A stretch of 64,000 nt of DNA, from contig NW_027192220.1 in the NCBI RefSeq assembly GCF_041956535.1, forward strand, positions 241,922-305,921, given 5' to 3'. The notes beneath the pieces are model-generated. The model was not told the DNA's origin and ran no database searches. It was given only the letters and a program-made list of their open reading frames with translations. This DNA comes from Calcarisporiella thermophila CBS 279.70 (Eukaryota; Fungi; Calcarisporiellomycota). Numbering within the stretch: position 1 is the stretch's first letter; each line of letters opens with the position of its first letter. Position numbers and translations under genes: made by a program. This document shows positions 35,558 through 50,000 of this stretch, piece by piece.

Positions 35558-36915
35558 TCATGCCTGCTGGCGTATGGTCTCTTGAATCTTGGATGCCAGC
35601 ACATCCATCACTTCCATAATCCGCGAAGTTACGCGTATTCGTGTGGTCATTTCGTCGAGCTTTCCTTGGCGGTATTCGTCCAGCAGATCTTCAAAGTCGA
35701 TCGGGTCACCAAAGGCAACAGTGACCGGCTTAAATAGCCGAGGAAGTAGTTTTCCTAGTGGTTTGACCTGATCCATTCCTATAGCGAGGATTCCCATAGT
35801 AATTATGCACAAAAATAGTGGTCAAAAAGGGGACGAAGAGTGAGATTGAGGAAGCTCTTGTTTTAGATCTCCCTACCTTCATGCCACATGGGAATGACTA
35901 TAGGGGGGATCTCGGATTCCATGATCAAGCGACCTACACCCCACTTATACCGAATCCGTTCCAGAGTCTGGTTGACCTTCCCCTCTGGATAGATATGGAC
36001 CTATACGAAGGGGGAAGTTGAAATGGAGTATCTCCGAGAAAAAAGAAACGCTCTGAAGATTACCCATTTTCCTTCCCCAAGTTTCTCGAGCGCAAAGTTC
36101 ATTGCAGGCTGAAGAATTCCATTGCCCCGAATAGTCGGTATGGTTTGACCAAGAGCGAAAAACGTCGAAAATATCCTTTCATGTACGAATGATATGTCAA
36201 AACTATACTCTCAAGCTTATTCAGAAGAAACCAGGATGCATCTTACGGATTAGTGAAGCAGATATCTTGGGCCCCAAGTGTCCAACGCATGTGATGTAAA
36301 TTCCAAAAAGCTCTGCAAGGAAGTATTCCCCATAATAGTGGGTCGTCAAGTCTGCAGAAAGGCAGTACAAGGATATGATTAATTGTAGCCATTAGGGAGG
36401 TAAATAATCCCGATGCTAATAAGTAAAGACTTACACCGACGTGTGGTTGGACACTAGGTGGAAAGGAAGAGAGAACAAGTGGGGTTAGTCCAAATGCAGC
36501 CTCGATATCAGTACACATTAAACCTACCTGTCACCAATGGCCGTTTCCGATTTGGATCCATCAATATGTCGAAAAAAGCCTCATGGCCATACAGTGTAGT
36601 AGTGGTGCACCATTTCAGAAACAGCTTGCAGGCCATCCCAACTGTAAAAATGATGCCTACACTTCCCACATTCCAAGCCCAGTTATTCTTTGGGAAATCA
36701 ACGATCATTCTTTCGATGGCCGCTGTCTTCTCAGGAGTGATATCGTCGTGGGTGGATTGCTTACCGGTGGAGGGAGACGGGGTATATTGGGAGGCAGTCG
36801 AGAAACTAGTCTTGGCCTCACAGATGAGTGGAGACCGCATGGCGGTCGCCATGTATTTGACGAAAGTAATCGCACCAATACCCGTTGCTACTCGGATCCT
36901 GATGCTAGCGAACAT
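35558..36915 (-). CDS. TAZ1: Tafazzin (cardiolipin transacylase), multi-exon
   Basis: VSNHTSVLDDPLLWG (HxxxxD), RWTLGAQDICF, GQTIPTIRGNGILQP, WVHIYPEGKV and FGDPI. The start codon is uncertain (36915 or 36852). Confidence 0.92.
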
Positions 36916-37430
36916 CCTACAATGATATGATTTCAACCGGATTGAAGCACGATTTGTTATCGATCTTGCATTAATTGCCGTGCCTTGTACACACCTTTGA
37001 CACTAAAAATGCATTTTCTCGATACTCTGGTTAGCTTTATTCTTATTACCAAAACTCCCGCCAGAATATAATTTCGATTCCACTTCATTGGCAGAGGGAC
37101 AGTCCGGCCAAACGGAGCCACACAACTTCAAATCAAAAACTTATGGTTCAATTGAAGTATTATTATTTGTTGTAGGAAATAGGTAGCCCATGGGACAAAA
37201 GTTACGGCGAGATATTTACAACATTATTTAAATAAAGTGGAGGATACCTTGGGTATGTCTGTAGAGGAAGCTGAAATAAATTGCCTTAAAGGCCAAAGAT
37301 CCCGGTAAAAATACGATATAGTCTCTGACCTATTCCAGCAAGGCCTCAAGCATCATTTAAACCCAACTTTGAGCATTCCGTCGGATAGAACGTGAAGGCT
37401 TAAATAGTCAATCCAGACTCGCTACTATGA

Positions 37431-39256
37431 TTACTCGGGAGCCAGCACCGACGATACTAGCGGAGAAAACATGTTTTGGTCCAGTTCGCGCAGGGCCGTT
37501 AAATCAGCCTAAAGATTGGGAAGCGTTCAGGTCAAATAGGCAGAGAAGATAGCGATTCATTATTTATCTGGGAAAAATACCTTTATGGTCTCCCCGCAAA
37601 CGGCGTGCAGCAGGCTTACAATGTCACAAAAATTTTTCTTCAAATTCCCCATACCATCCTGATATTGAACTTGACAATAAATGTACCAAAACTCATAGAA
37701 TTAGAAGTCTGTGGTAATGAACAAAAAGGGTCTCAAACTTACTCGAGAGGGCATCTTGCGCGTTTTCATGTTCGAATTCTTCTATCCGACTCCACGATTC
37801 AGCAACAATCCTTAAGACTAGCCCTCGATAGACAGGTATTCTATAATTAAAAGACTCGAATTTACGATGGTTCATGACAAACTGATATTGGTAAAACAGT
37901 TTACCTTGGCCAGCCCATCTTAATCGCAGTGTCGAGTGCTTTCACGCATATCTCATGTAACCTTAATACCTGGCGTTTCATGGAATCTGCGCCAACAAAA
38001 GGTACTTGAGCTGTGTCAAGCAGAATTTCAAGCACGACCTTTCCCACACCATAGAATTAACTAGAGTACTGAATCGTTTCATCTATTAAACGGTCACTCA
38101 CCTTCAGGTATTTTATGCTCACCATGCCTAGTTTTTCTATTAGTAAAGGTATCTGTTCCAGATATATTGCACGATAGGCTGGTTTATCGCCCGACATGCG
38201 AAGTCCATCTAAAGTCATCGCAAAAAGCTGGTCCATTTGCAAGAAATACCGCTCTGTGTCAGGAGGATTGGTGAGAATCACTAAGCGGAATAGTGCGGAA
38301 AACGTGTGCTGGATAAGAATATCAAAAGAAGGGTCATTGCGATAAGACAAGCAGGACAAAAGTGCCTAGTTATATAAAAAAAATAGACATCAGATATAAT
38401 TTAACTTTAGCACTCGGCGCACTCATGTACCTCGTAGAACACACCGTCCAGTCCGCTTGCGGTGAGTTTGCTTGCGCTCACGTTTGAAAGCACATGAGAG
38501 AACATTCGTACTCCCAAGATTTTATACTGGATGTCATAGTCGTCGATCAGCGTCAGCAGCGGAGGAATCAGAAGAAAAAAAGCTGACTCGACATCAAATT
38601 GCTACCTCGTATAGAAAACAGCGTCAGGATAGGTACATTTGTTATTGAAGGGAAGCAAACCCCACCTTTGCCGCTAAAACGCAAGTTTCCATAATCGAAA
38701 CTGTTTCAACTCGATCTGTTTTCCAGGGCTGCTTTTCATATAAATCCATCTTATTTTTCTCGACGTAACGGTTTCGTTTTTTCTCCATTGCGGGATGAGA
38801 TTGAGTAAAATAGGGACGTATGTGGTGTTGCAATATCTGTGCGAGATAAAAGCCAAAGAGCGAGTTTATGGAATCATAATTCAACAGCTCTCGAAGCCTC
38901 TCCAGTATATCTAATGATATGGATATCATAAAAAAAGAGTGAATAAGGTCAGCTAAACTCGACAAAATGAAAAGAAAACAGGTTCGGGAGATAACACCAT
39001 TCACAACTAGCACGATCTCCTTTGAGCTCCATTTGTCTCCTTTCCAGTATCCGGCACAGCTTGCAATGATCTTCCCTATCTTTTCTTGTCTCTCCTGTCC
39101 TTCATTGATAGGGATCAAGTCTGGGAGACCACTGCGTAATTGCTTAAAGGTTTCGAGAGCAGATTCTCGAAAGGGGGTGGGATGTTCTTCTGAAAAAAAG
39201 ATCGGTGAGACTTGGAGTTTGGTGCAAAGCCTATCAATAGCATCCCCAGACTCCAT
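37431..39256 (-). CDS. TTI2: Tel2-interacting protein 2 (TTT complex), multi-exon
   Basis: QPWK, LIPPLLTLIDDYD..KILGV..L, LTASGLDGVFYE|ALLSCLSY, LGMVSIKYLK and WPR|I match Tti2-family motifs. Confidence 0.8.
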
Positions 39257-39420
39257 ATTGGTTCACTTTTGGATTCTTGCGCCGATCCGCGCGCGTTCCC
39301 TTCCAAAAAGTTATCGAAAATGGGTGTGACTGCCAAAGTGACTTTCGGATGGCCTCATGCAGAAAAGTTTATTATATACAAAAAATAAAACAGGTTATCG
39401 CCTGTGTCCATGCTGTAAAA

Positions 39421-42400
39421 TTAACCTCCACCGACGTCGCTCCGACTGTGCTCGTTCTGCTCCTCATCCTTTCTCTCCGTTGCCTTTCCCTCCTCTTTCT
39501 TGCTCTCCTCCGCCCCTTCTCCTTCGCGTTTCTTCCGCTTCGCCAAGTCATCCTGGCTAGCCTTAGTGGCCAGATAGATCTGATATTCCTCAGCCATTTT
39601 GAACATGAGTTCCTGGATGCGGCGACGTTTCGTGTGGATTTTACGTGGCTGCCATTCGTGTTCCTTGTCTACTTTATTCTAATGGTTCGGGTCATAGAAG
39701 CATAATAGTCAGCTTTACCGAACCAGTTTGAATGATACTTTTTTAAAGCACACTTACCACAAGCATGTCGAGATATTTTCGTGGGTCGCTGAGAAAAGTT
39801 TCAACGTAGTGAAGAAGAAAAATACCACAGTCGCAATGATTATTTTGAGTTGGAACCTGAACAAGTCAAGCATATTCATTAGAGTCGGGTAATGCATCCC
39901 CACGGTACATAACATAAATGCCAAACCTTTGCGTATATCCCAGGGATTTTCACGCTCGTGTTCACCTTTAATCGCTCGCTTGCCTCACACATCAAGTAGC
40001 GATTCAGATTGGTAAATACAGTTGGGTGTGTTGTCCCAAGCGAATCAAAGCAAATAATAAAGGGGCTATATAGGAAAGAGATTAGGGAGGGGGGTTCAAT
40101 AGGTAGTGAGACACGGGGAGAGTCCATTTACCTCTCCTGCGGATTTCTCCATATTCGCTTGTTCGCTCTTCCCACGCCTTCGCTCTTGACCGCGCTTCCA
40201 CCATCACATTCTCCAAACGCTCGCATAGCTGCCAGGGTCGCGTTGGCTATCGTTGGTAATGCGTCGTCCTGATCGTTCTGCTTTTGCGCGGTCTCGCGGG
40301 TTATCCGCCGTGGTTTTGGCTGTGGGGGGCGTTTGGGACTTCCTGGAGAATCGAGCAACCCAGTCTCCTCATCCACATCGGGGCAAGGGGACGCTGAACG
40401 TACGGATGAAGGTGTGCACGGGACTCTCTCCTCCCCGTCCTCCTTCTCCTTCTCCTTCTCCTTCTCCCGATCCTCTTCCATCCTGTCCCCACGGCTGCCG
40501 CTGGCAGCTTCAGTCGGATTTTTAACCCCCGATTGAGATCCGCCTTGGTCCGCAGCTGGCAGGGAAGGTGATCCACTGTCAATCTCCATCACATCTCTTT
40601 TGACAGGAGCCGAGGTTAACTCGATCGAGGAGCGTCGACTTGATGGGTCCGGATCTGAGCTTGAAGAGTCGCCCGTCACCATAAGATCCTCGTCCATGTC
40701 GAGATGGAATTTTTCATCCTCATCCTCATCGAGCTCAATAGCAGACTGTTCGCCAGGTAGAAATAACCGGGGGTTACATATGAGAATAAGGTACCAATGT
40801 AAACTAAATAAAAAGCCAGCTGAATAAACCGGAAGATGACCGAGTAAATCGAGAGTGTATCCTACCTTTCGTTGATGGGGACGAATATATAGTTCTTTTG
40901 GAACAAATCAACTTTAGCCGTCCACTTGCGGACGCGGGAATACATCTCTCTGGCATCTCTGCAAGACATTATAAAAATGGACATCAGCCATCAGAAAATG
41001 GAGAGCAAAATCGGGTTTTGTTTACGTCGTTTTGCCTTGAGTCAATCGTCGATAAAAGAAGCTGTTGAATATATGGACTTTGTCTGCCAGTTTTTTATTC
41101 TGTTTCTCTAGTTTTTCTCTAAACCAGCTATAAAGCAAATATAACTCAAGGTGAATTGATTGCCAATCAACCCCATCTCTAGTTCTTCACCTACCCAAGA
41201 TAAAATTCAATGATATTGTCGTTTAAAAATTCTCCATCGTTTAATCGTCCGGCATCCTCCTGGGTAAGTGTGACCCCGCCAAATCCAGTAAATGGGTATG
41301 TAAACAAGCTATGGGGATAATACAATAAGAATGACACCGAAGATCCCCTTCTCCTAATAAATCACACTCACGGCATATTAGTACTCGACTCCATACCCAA
41401 CCGTGCCTGGTTTCGAGTATTATATCGTCGCCTATTCACCATATAGGCAGAAATTATGGATATTTTGAAGCAATTCCGCCAAGGACTCAAAACTAAACTT
41501 ACATCCGTCCGAACACCGGTCGGGTTTTTACTGCTTTGTCCGACTCTTCCTTTGTATTAGTTTTAAGCTTATCTTCCTCTCTCTCCAAATCTCCTCCCCT
41601 TTCCTTCCAGGTGTCCCCTTCGATCTTGGTCGAAGGTTCTGTTATTACCTTTTTCATGTTATCAGAGTCCAGGGCAGAAAGACTTGTGTTGGTTCCCACT
41701 GACAGTCTGACTGGATCACTTGAAAGAATAGGTTTCGAGAGACTGTCCAATTTGGCGGACGAAGAAGGCTCTCCGTCCGAGGATGTGGAATATTTTCGCT
41801 TGGACGTGTTCGAGTTCGTTTTGGTAAGAACGGGTGTCTCCTTCCCTTTCATGCGATCAATCAGCTTCATCGGTCGTGGTGGAGATGATACAAGGGAAGT
41901 CGAGTGAAATTCTAAAGACCGACGTGGTTGCTGTTTTAGCACCCGGAGAGAAGGACTGCGATCAGCGTTTAGGCCAAATGCCGAGCCACGGCTAGTGATG
42001 CCTTGGTTGTTCCTAGACTCGGAAGAACTTGCAAAGTCGGGACTGATTGTGCCTAACGAGTTTTAAACATTTCAAAGTTGTATTTTAGTTATACGAAATA
42101 AGTATACGCAGTTAAGGTACAATTAAACCAATTACTTGGTAAATCCCCTTTAGACTTTCCTCTGGTTTCCACTTTCATCTCGTCCTCGCTTTCTAGGATG
42201 ACGCATTCAGGTTCTTCGGGCAAATCCTTAGAACCCAAGTCCGCATTCCTTGTCCGACTCCCTTTGGTGGGAGAGTTGAAATCGCTTTCAATATCATCCT
42301 TGACTTTGTCGTACTTGGAAAGTGGTGATTTTGGCTAAAGAGAAGGAGAAAGATCCGAGTTAATCAGATGAAGAACAAAAATCTCTCTGAACATCTACCC

Positions 42401-43158
42401 TATGTGATATTTGTCCAATGGTGCGCAGTCGTTTATTGCCTGTCATATCCGACGAGTAGGAAGTCCCTCTTTCCCCAGAAAGTAAGCTAATAGTTGGGAT
42501 GCTTGAGGGTGGAGTCCGCTCTACATGAGTTGAGATAGATAAAGATTAGAGGTCATTCATACTAATAATACCCCAGAGAGGGGGTTTACCGTTCGAACTA
42601 GAAAAGTAACGAGACACAGTTGAACTTTGCGGATAGGGGCGAATTAAACCAATCACCTCGGCCTTACTCTCATCGCGTACACCACTAGTAAATTCGGATC
42701 CGGACTTGAATTGATATGGACTATTCGTCTTACGCTTTCGGAACTGCCTAGATTGCTCAAATAACACCTCCTTTGGCTAGAATGATAGGTGCATTACCCG
42801 ATGCAAATATGAAGTTAGTATGGCAATGCAAAATGTCGCAGAAAAGCATGATGGTTGTTACTGCAAGTGTGTGTCGAGTGAGGGATGAAAGCTTACCTCT
42901 GTAGTAGGAATCTCAATAATGGTGCCTCTAGGGGGACCTTTCTTCTTTGCTTTGATCGGAATAAGATTACGCGAATTTTTATCTGATATCGACATTCTTA
43001 GATGATCGCTTGGCGATTTTGTAGGAGACTGAATGCCGACATGGTGGGCAAGAAATACAACAAAAGACAGCGGAATAAGCATTCCATGATAGGATAGAAT
43101 CTCTGTACACACTAAAACCTACATGAAGCTGCACCAGTTCGACTTGTTCATCCTCCAT
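39421..43158 (-). CDS. ULP2: Ulp2/SENP6-7-like SUMO protease (peptidase C48), multi-exon
   Basis: RLNDGEFLNDNIIEFYL, IFNSFF, VRKWTAKVDLFQKNYIFVPINE, LHWYL (His), FDSLG (Asp) and QNNHCDCG (Cys). Long disordered N-terminus and an acidic insert within the catalytic domain. Confidence 0.88.
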
Positions 43159-43354
43159 TTTAGATTACATCTAACTGGCCGATTGGAGCATGGAATTATA
43201 CCACGAAATGCAAACTTTCGAATAGGTTTAATCAAAATCTAAAGAGACTGGTAAAAGTGGAAACCGCCCTCAAGATACGAGGTGACTTCTTTTTTTCGCT
43301 CTAATATATTGATCCAAACTCAATTCCGATATCTATCCTTCAGTCTGATAATAT

Positions 43355-44659
43355 ATGGAGATTACGCTGCGATTACTAAAGGGGCCACTTCCCAATTTAA
43401 CGCCGATGCGACCCAGCGTGCGTTTATTCATGCGGACCAACTCTATGGCCCCTAGATACTTCTCTAGCAAGAAGGGATCGCCATCAAAGGTGGAAGCTGA
43501 AAGGGTCAAACTGGCCTACACTAAATTCGATGCACCCAAAGAGCACCAGGCTCTTCCTCCTCTTGTTATTATGCATGGTAATGTCGAAGCTGTCAGTGTA
43601 CATCAATTGTGTTGAACACCGGGACTAAGCATCACACTACTGCAACTTCTTCTTAGGTCTTTTTGGATCTAGGCAAAATTGGAAGTCATTGGCTAAGGCA
43701 TTTTCGCGTTTCCGGACCGTATATACCCTCGTATGTTTTTGCAAGCAAGCGTCGGAGTGTAAAGTTTGCTTATTTCATCGTCTGTTTCTTTATATCACAG
43801 GATTTAAGGAATCATGGAGAGAGTCCTCATTCTCCGGTTCACACTTATGAAGCCATGGGCGATGATGTTATTGAGTTTCTTCGCGAGCAAAAATTGGAGA
43901 AGGTCGCCATTCTGGGACATTCCATGTAAGTGCAGGGAAGATTCTAGGCTAGGCACCGCAGGAGGCAGACTCGATGTTTTGTGTTCTTCGTAGGGGAGGG
44001 AAGGTCTCCATGACCGTTGCTCTCAAGCAGACCCCCGAGATTTCTCAGATGATTGTCGTTGATATGGCGCCTATTGATGCCGGTCTCTCACCTTCATTTA
44101 GTTCGTATGTGCAGGCCATGAAACGGGTAGAGGAGGCTAGAGTCAGCAAACAAAGCATGGCGGATGAAATCTTAAGAGATTACATACCTGTAAATGGACA
44201 TTTTACGAGCTATCTTGGCAAACCCTCTCAGCAGATCATTTTACTAACTCGATACTATCTCAGGAAATATCCATTCGGCAATTTCTTCTCACCAATCTTA
44301 AAAAGGATTTGGGCACTGGGGAATATCATTTCCGAATTCCCCTGGATATCCTCGGAAATTCCTTGTCAGAATTGGGTAGTTTCCCGTTTTTACAGGCGCA
44401 TCACACCTTTCACGGACCGGCCTTATTTATCGCCGGGAGTCGAAGCGACTATATCCGGTCGAGCATGTATCCAACCATCCGGACTTTCTTCCCAGAAGCC
44501 GTGATCACAGATATTGACGCTGGGCATTGGGGTAAGAACTCTAGTTTATTATTTTGGACTGTGCGTGTGCTTAACTTTCGGCTTATACTTACAGTTCACG
44601 CCGAGAAGCCTGAGGAGTTCATGAAAACTGTGGTGACATTCTTGAATAAGCATTCATAG
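43355..44659 (+). CDS. ABHD11/Imo32-like mitochondrial alpha/beta hydrolase
   Basis: Basic presequence, HG|LFGSRQNW, DLRNHGES, GHSM|GG, DMAP and AGHW|VHAEKP. Confidence 0.9.
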
Positions 44660-44778
44660 ATCATATAGAGCGTTCTTAGATCCATCAACATAGATAGCTA
44701 GCAAGAAGTCCAAATATTTATTTATTTTTATTCGTTTTCTATTGGAGGCACCTCCCTCTTTCTATAATATCTCTACAC

Positions 44779-46799
44779 TCAAACTCCCATGGCACACGAG
44801 GTGTAAAATTTACGAGGATTACCGCTCGTCGCCAGGAACTTTTGGTTGAAAATATCCTCTGTTGGTTCTATAAAACGTAAAAGCAGCTCAATAAAATCGC
44901 TTATGGAAATGCACTCGAAAATGGGGACATACCATGGTGAACAATATGTGCCTTGCTATAATAGGCCATCACTCCCAATGCCTCCTCGCGGGAGTAGGCT
45001 GGGATGGCAATCGGCTTGATCCCTTGGGCCAGATCTAAATAGGCTTGATTCACGCGCTTATAGGGATCGATTTTTACAAGGCCAAGAGCAATATCAAGCA
45101 TCTCGCTCTTGAAGGGGGCAAGGGTATTTGAAACAGCACCAAGGCATACTCCGTGCGCGAAACTCTTTTTACCCGAGAAGTAGTCGAGCAGTGTGCGAGC
45201 AAAGCTTAAACGATAGGCCTCGAGAGGTTTCGATTCGATATCGTTGTACTCGGAGTGAGTGTAGAAGGCATTGATTTCATCGATGGCGAGGAGGACAGAA
45301 TGGCTAGAGAGTAAATAAATCGCTTGGGTTAAAACACATGCCCGGAGAAAGGCTCGTTTGAAATACAGTAGTACTTACTCGTTGCTTTGACTCACTTCGT
45401 TCAAGAATGCCTCAAAAACAGGCTGGGATACTTGTTGGTCCTTGATACCGATATCAAGTAGCTTGGAGAGGGGTAGGCTTTTTTCCACCGAGTGCTGAGC
45501 GAAACGGTAGTCCTTGGTAAGCTGAATCTAAACCAGAAGACTGTTCAGCAATCTGTGACAAATGTTAGTAGTTATCAAATATCTACTTTGTTCAGAATTT
45601 CGCTGTTGAATGTCTTGATCTGTTGAAGAATTGAGAGGGCCACTGTGGGTTGAACATATTCATTTCCGGTCGAGGATTTTCCAAAAGGTTGGCTACTGTC
45701 CATGGATTTAATAGCTATTGAAAAGATGATAAAATTGAGTCAATGACCGATTAGCGAAATATACGTGGAATTAGGCCAGTTTGTCCAACCTCTTGGTATA
45801 TATATAACAATCCAATTCTTGTCGTGACAGTAGTTAATCGCTTGCAGCATTAATGCGCTCTTTCCGGCACCAACCTCACCAGCTGTACAAGATAAATAAA
45901 GATGAGCATAGAGCACCTGAGCTTGAGTTAAATTCTGCTGGAAAGAAAGACTCACTCAATATGTATCTGCTTTCTGCACTATTATTACCCCCCGCCTTGT
46001 TAATTTTCGAAATAAGTTCTATTGTGCATTTCCGAACCGCAAGGGAAGGCTTATGGAAAAGTGAAAACTATTTGAAGAAGATGGTTTCAACAAGGATGGA
46101 AAACAGAAAGCACAATTAAATCATGCAACCCACCTCCTTGTCTAATGCTTTTGGATAGCCTGTCTGTTTTAACTTTGATAAGAAATTTTCTGAGAGCTGA
46201 TATACATGCCCGATAGAACTTGTATCGACAGATTCCTAGTTGTAAAAAGAATCAGGAAGTTAGTAATTTTAATGCCATCCGTGACGATTAGATCTTAATA
46301 AAACTCACGGGGTAGAATTCACTCAATTCCACCGTCGGTGCCGCCTTATAGAATTGTTCATTCTGCTTCCCTACAGAGGAAGACGAAGCCTAAATATAGT
46401 GGTCAGAACCAGTGAGAAAATATCCAATAAGAAAATAAAGAGCTTTTACGTGTCGAACTGAAAACATACCTCAGATCCCTTTTGTCCAGGAGCCTTTTTC
46501 TTGAATGAAGTGGCTTTCTTCTTGACAGTTTTTTGCACTATATGAATATCACAAAAAGATGGTTACATGCACTAGATTCCAGTAGGAGAGGGATCAACAA
46601 AAAAGATCATTTATTTACCTTTTGCCGCTGCCAACGGTCGCGTTGAATTCATGAATGATCGCTGCGATTCTTCGATTCTAACGCAGATCGCAGGTTGTCG
46701 TAAGATTGGCTGCACTCTCACTGTGCTTGCCGAGGGGGCAGATACCCGCTGAGATATAACAGAGGCGATGCCTCGTGCGGCTTGTCGGAGAGTCGCCAT
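44779..46799 (-). CDS. RSM23: Mitochondrial ribosomal protein mS29 (DAP3/Rsm23)
   Basis: Mitochondrial presequence, P-loop GEVGAGKS, VLLAIDEINAF and TSGNPRKF near the C-terminus. Confidence 0.88.
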
Positions 46800-47086
46800 T
46801 GCTCTTTGATTATCCTCGCTATTTCGGCAAGTCGTAAAATTATTTACTCTTGATGATCCGTGGCTTAGCTTCAGGTTAGGTTTCATTCATGCTCGGGACG
46901 TGAGGTCGGCAATAGAAGCGAATTTCGCGTTCCTCCAAAGACTGATCCAAGTGAACGCGGAGCTGGTATAAAAAGTCAAGGCCATCTTGGCACAAGTAAA
47001 TTTATATCGCGATTGAACTTAATTGTATTGCTTGGAGAAACATATGTGCTAAAAAACCTTTTTTTCTTCAAGTTGCAAAGTGCAAA

Positions 47087-50000
47087 ATGGATACATATCC
47101 ATTGGAGTATATAGCGCATCTGCTGCCTCTGGTCCTAGTCACCGGCTTAATAGGATCAGACATAACATCGGCATCTGAAGTAAACCCATCAGCTCATGCA
47201 TCCGCTGCAGCAGCAAGCGATCCGGCGCCAAGGCGTCGATCGTCGGCTTCAAATACCACCCTAACTCGCCACCAAATGGGCAGGGCCCTTGTTTCCCTTT
47301 TGACTGCAAAGAATCAGGCGAAAATATGGGAACCGGCTGCAAAACAGGGCCAAAAAAACTGGCTACGGGCAGCTCATGTTGATAAAGTGAGTTCTAGCAT
47401 ATACACTGACTTTCCTTGTACCGGTGCTAATTCCCTGATCATCACCATTGCCAACTCAAGTCGTATCGCTTCCCTCCCAAAAAATCTCACCCTTCTCCAA
47501 GCAATCCGTCTGTCGCTCACTCGCCACTCTCTCCAAACACTCCTGAATCTCCTCTTTACCCCGATGGCATCATGACACCACTCTGGATTCGAAAGCACCG
47601 TGACCAAGTTCCCTCTATTATGATAGCTTTTTACGATTTATGGGATTGGAGTATGGAGAAAAATCCAAGCGAACTTCAAAAGTTGGAGCCTACTGTGCAG
47701 GGACCTCTGGGATTGGCAGACCCAATTGAGCGTGAAAAGGATGCAGAGCTCGCGGCGGAAATTAGTGAAAAAAGGTAATCGTAATCTATACATCATCGCA
47801 GTGCTAGCCATACTCATTAATACAAAACATGTTAACATTACAGAAAATATGCTCAAGAATATGGGTGCAAATTCGCCGCTGTTTTGATACTAATGCAGCC
47901 ACATTTAGATGATCCCAATATCGAGGAGAGAGTAGCCTACATACGTCGCTCCTGCGGTCTCGATTCAAGATACTCATTTTTCCTGCTGCCACCTGGTACC
48001 CAGACAGATATGCAAGAATTCGTGAACAAGTCAGAATTTACTTTTTACTTTTTATTATCACTCCTAGTTAACATGATTTTTATTTCTTTAATCACTTACT
48101 AGTCTTCAAAATGTCTTGTATGAGAATGCGATGAATTACTATCGAGAGCATGGAAAACGTGTTCGAAAAAAGCGAAGTCGCTTACCCTCCCTCAGCAGCC
48201 AGCTTGATTCTAACGGCTTGCCCTCTAATTCTTTGAGCTTGCAAGGCTGGATGCTACGCTATGATATTAAATCAGCTGTGTTTTCTGAATTCCGACAGGA
48301 TTACGAATCTGCCATAAAGTATATCCTTAGCTGATCCCCTCTTTGAATATTGGATACTCAACGCATCCTCATGATTGTTTGCATAGACACCTCGAATCTG
48401 CTTATGCAATACTACTTGGCATGTTCACGTCGACACCTGATCAACCGTCGCTTCAGCCGGGAACCAAACGGTGGGCAGAAGCCCGGCTGCTTGCTGACGT
48501 GATCAATTTCAAGGTGATATTTATTGATTTGGATAGCATGTTATCTGTAGGCACACTAAACCTTGTAAGTTTCTGGCAATCTATAGATTTGTAAGTTTTA
48601 TCTTTACATTGATGCACCCACCGTCGCCCTGTTCACGCTCAACAAGCACCTTAATGGGCTAAGAGCCTTACCAAACGCCTGGACATTGAGCGGAGATTCG
48701 TTTGATTACTGGTCTTGGCTCTCTAGACAGTACGTACTGCTCCCGTGCTGTCCTTTCTTCTGTCACTCACCTGTGCTTTAGATATCGATTATTTGGAGAT
48801 CTCTTAGAACTCACCGAACGAGCTGGATACAAATTACCTGTTCCCCTTCCTCAGACTTCATCCAATGTCGCCTCACTCCCCATTACAAATGACGGCCGCT
48901 TCAGCATCGGTTATGGAGGCTCAGGTGGGGCCGGAATCGGAGTTAATCCTGCTCTTGTCATTCAGCATGCCGGCTTCTATTATCAGGTCGCCGCCATCTG
49001 CAACGAGGAGAGAAAGAAGCGGTTTTTCGAGCTCGAGTCGGTCTGTCTCTGCGCGCCTTTGGACATTATAAAGCGGAGTACTAACTCTGTCCTGGCTTCG
49101 TTTTTAGAATTCGGAATTTATGAAGTCGTTAGATAATGCTACTTTAAATTTATTTACCGAGGAACGTAATATCCACCATCAAAGGTTGACCATCGATCTA
49201 CTTTCAAAGAGCTACGATACCTTCAAACGGCATAACTGTACGCGTATGACACTCTATCTGGCGGCAGAAATCGGAAACGCCTATTTCGAGTCCAAGGAAT
49301 ATGACAAGGCTGCGCAGTAAGTGTAGCCTGGAGTTATTTCTCGCTTTTTTTCCCGCTTTGACGGCTTAACTATGGCATGGTTGGTTTGAAAGGTTTTTCG
49401 AGCGAATTGCAAAATCTTACCGCAAGGAAAAATGGTATACGATTCTTGCCTCCATCCTTCACCTGTCGGTAAAGTGTGCACGGGAACTAGGAAGATGGGG
49501 ACACGCGGTCGAACTCTTGGTGGAACTGTTATCGGAGAGTAAGTGTAATGCTTGCCATTCCTATCCATATCTATATTATTCATGGGACTATCTTTATTCG
49601 TGTCTGATTGCAGAGTTTCTCGTGAGCGAAGAGGAGCGAGCTAATATTCAAAATGAGATTATAGACATACTGCGAGAGGTTGCTATTGCTATTTTCATTC
49701 CCCATGTCTTCCTGATTCAGATTTAATCGTGAAATCGTGTATTTTCTTTAGAGAGAATGTGGTTCTCAATCCCCTCAAGCCCACCTTCATCTAGACACCA
49801 CCACCTTTAATTCCTTCATAACTTGTCAAGCGCTCTTTGAAGACTCAATAGCACGCTTGGGCGAATCTGCCCGCTTCCAAATCACGCTGACCGTGGATGC
49901 TGCCTCGCCCCCTGCCCTCTTGCGCTTCGGAGAGATTCGCGTGATATTTAACGAAGATGAGGAGGTTATTTGGAAAGATAGTGGGGAATCAACAAGTAAG

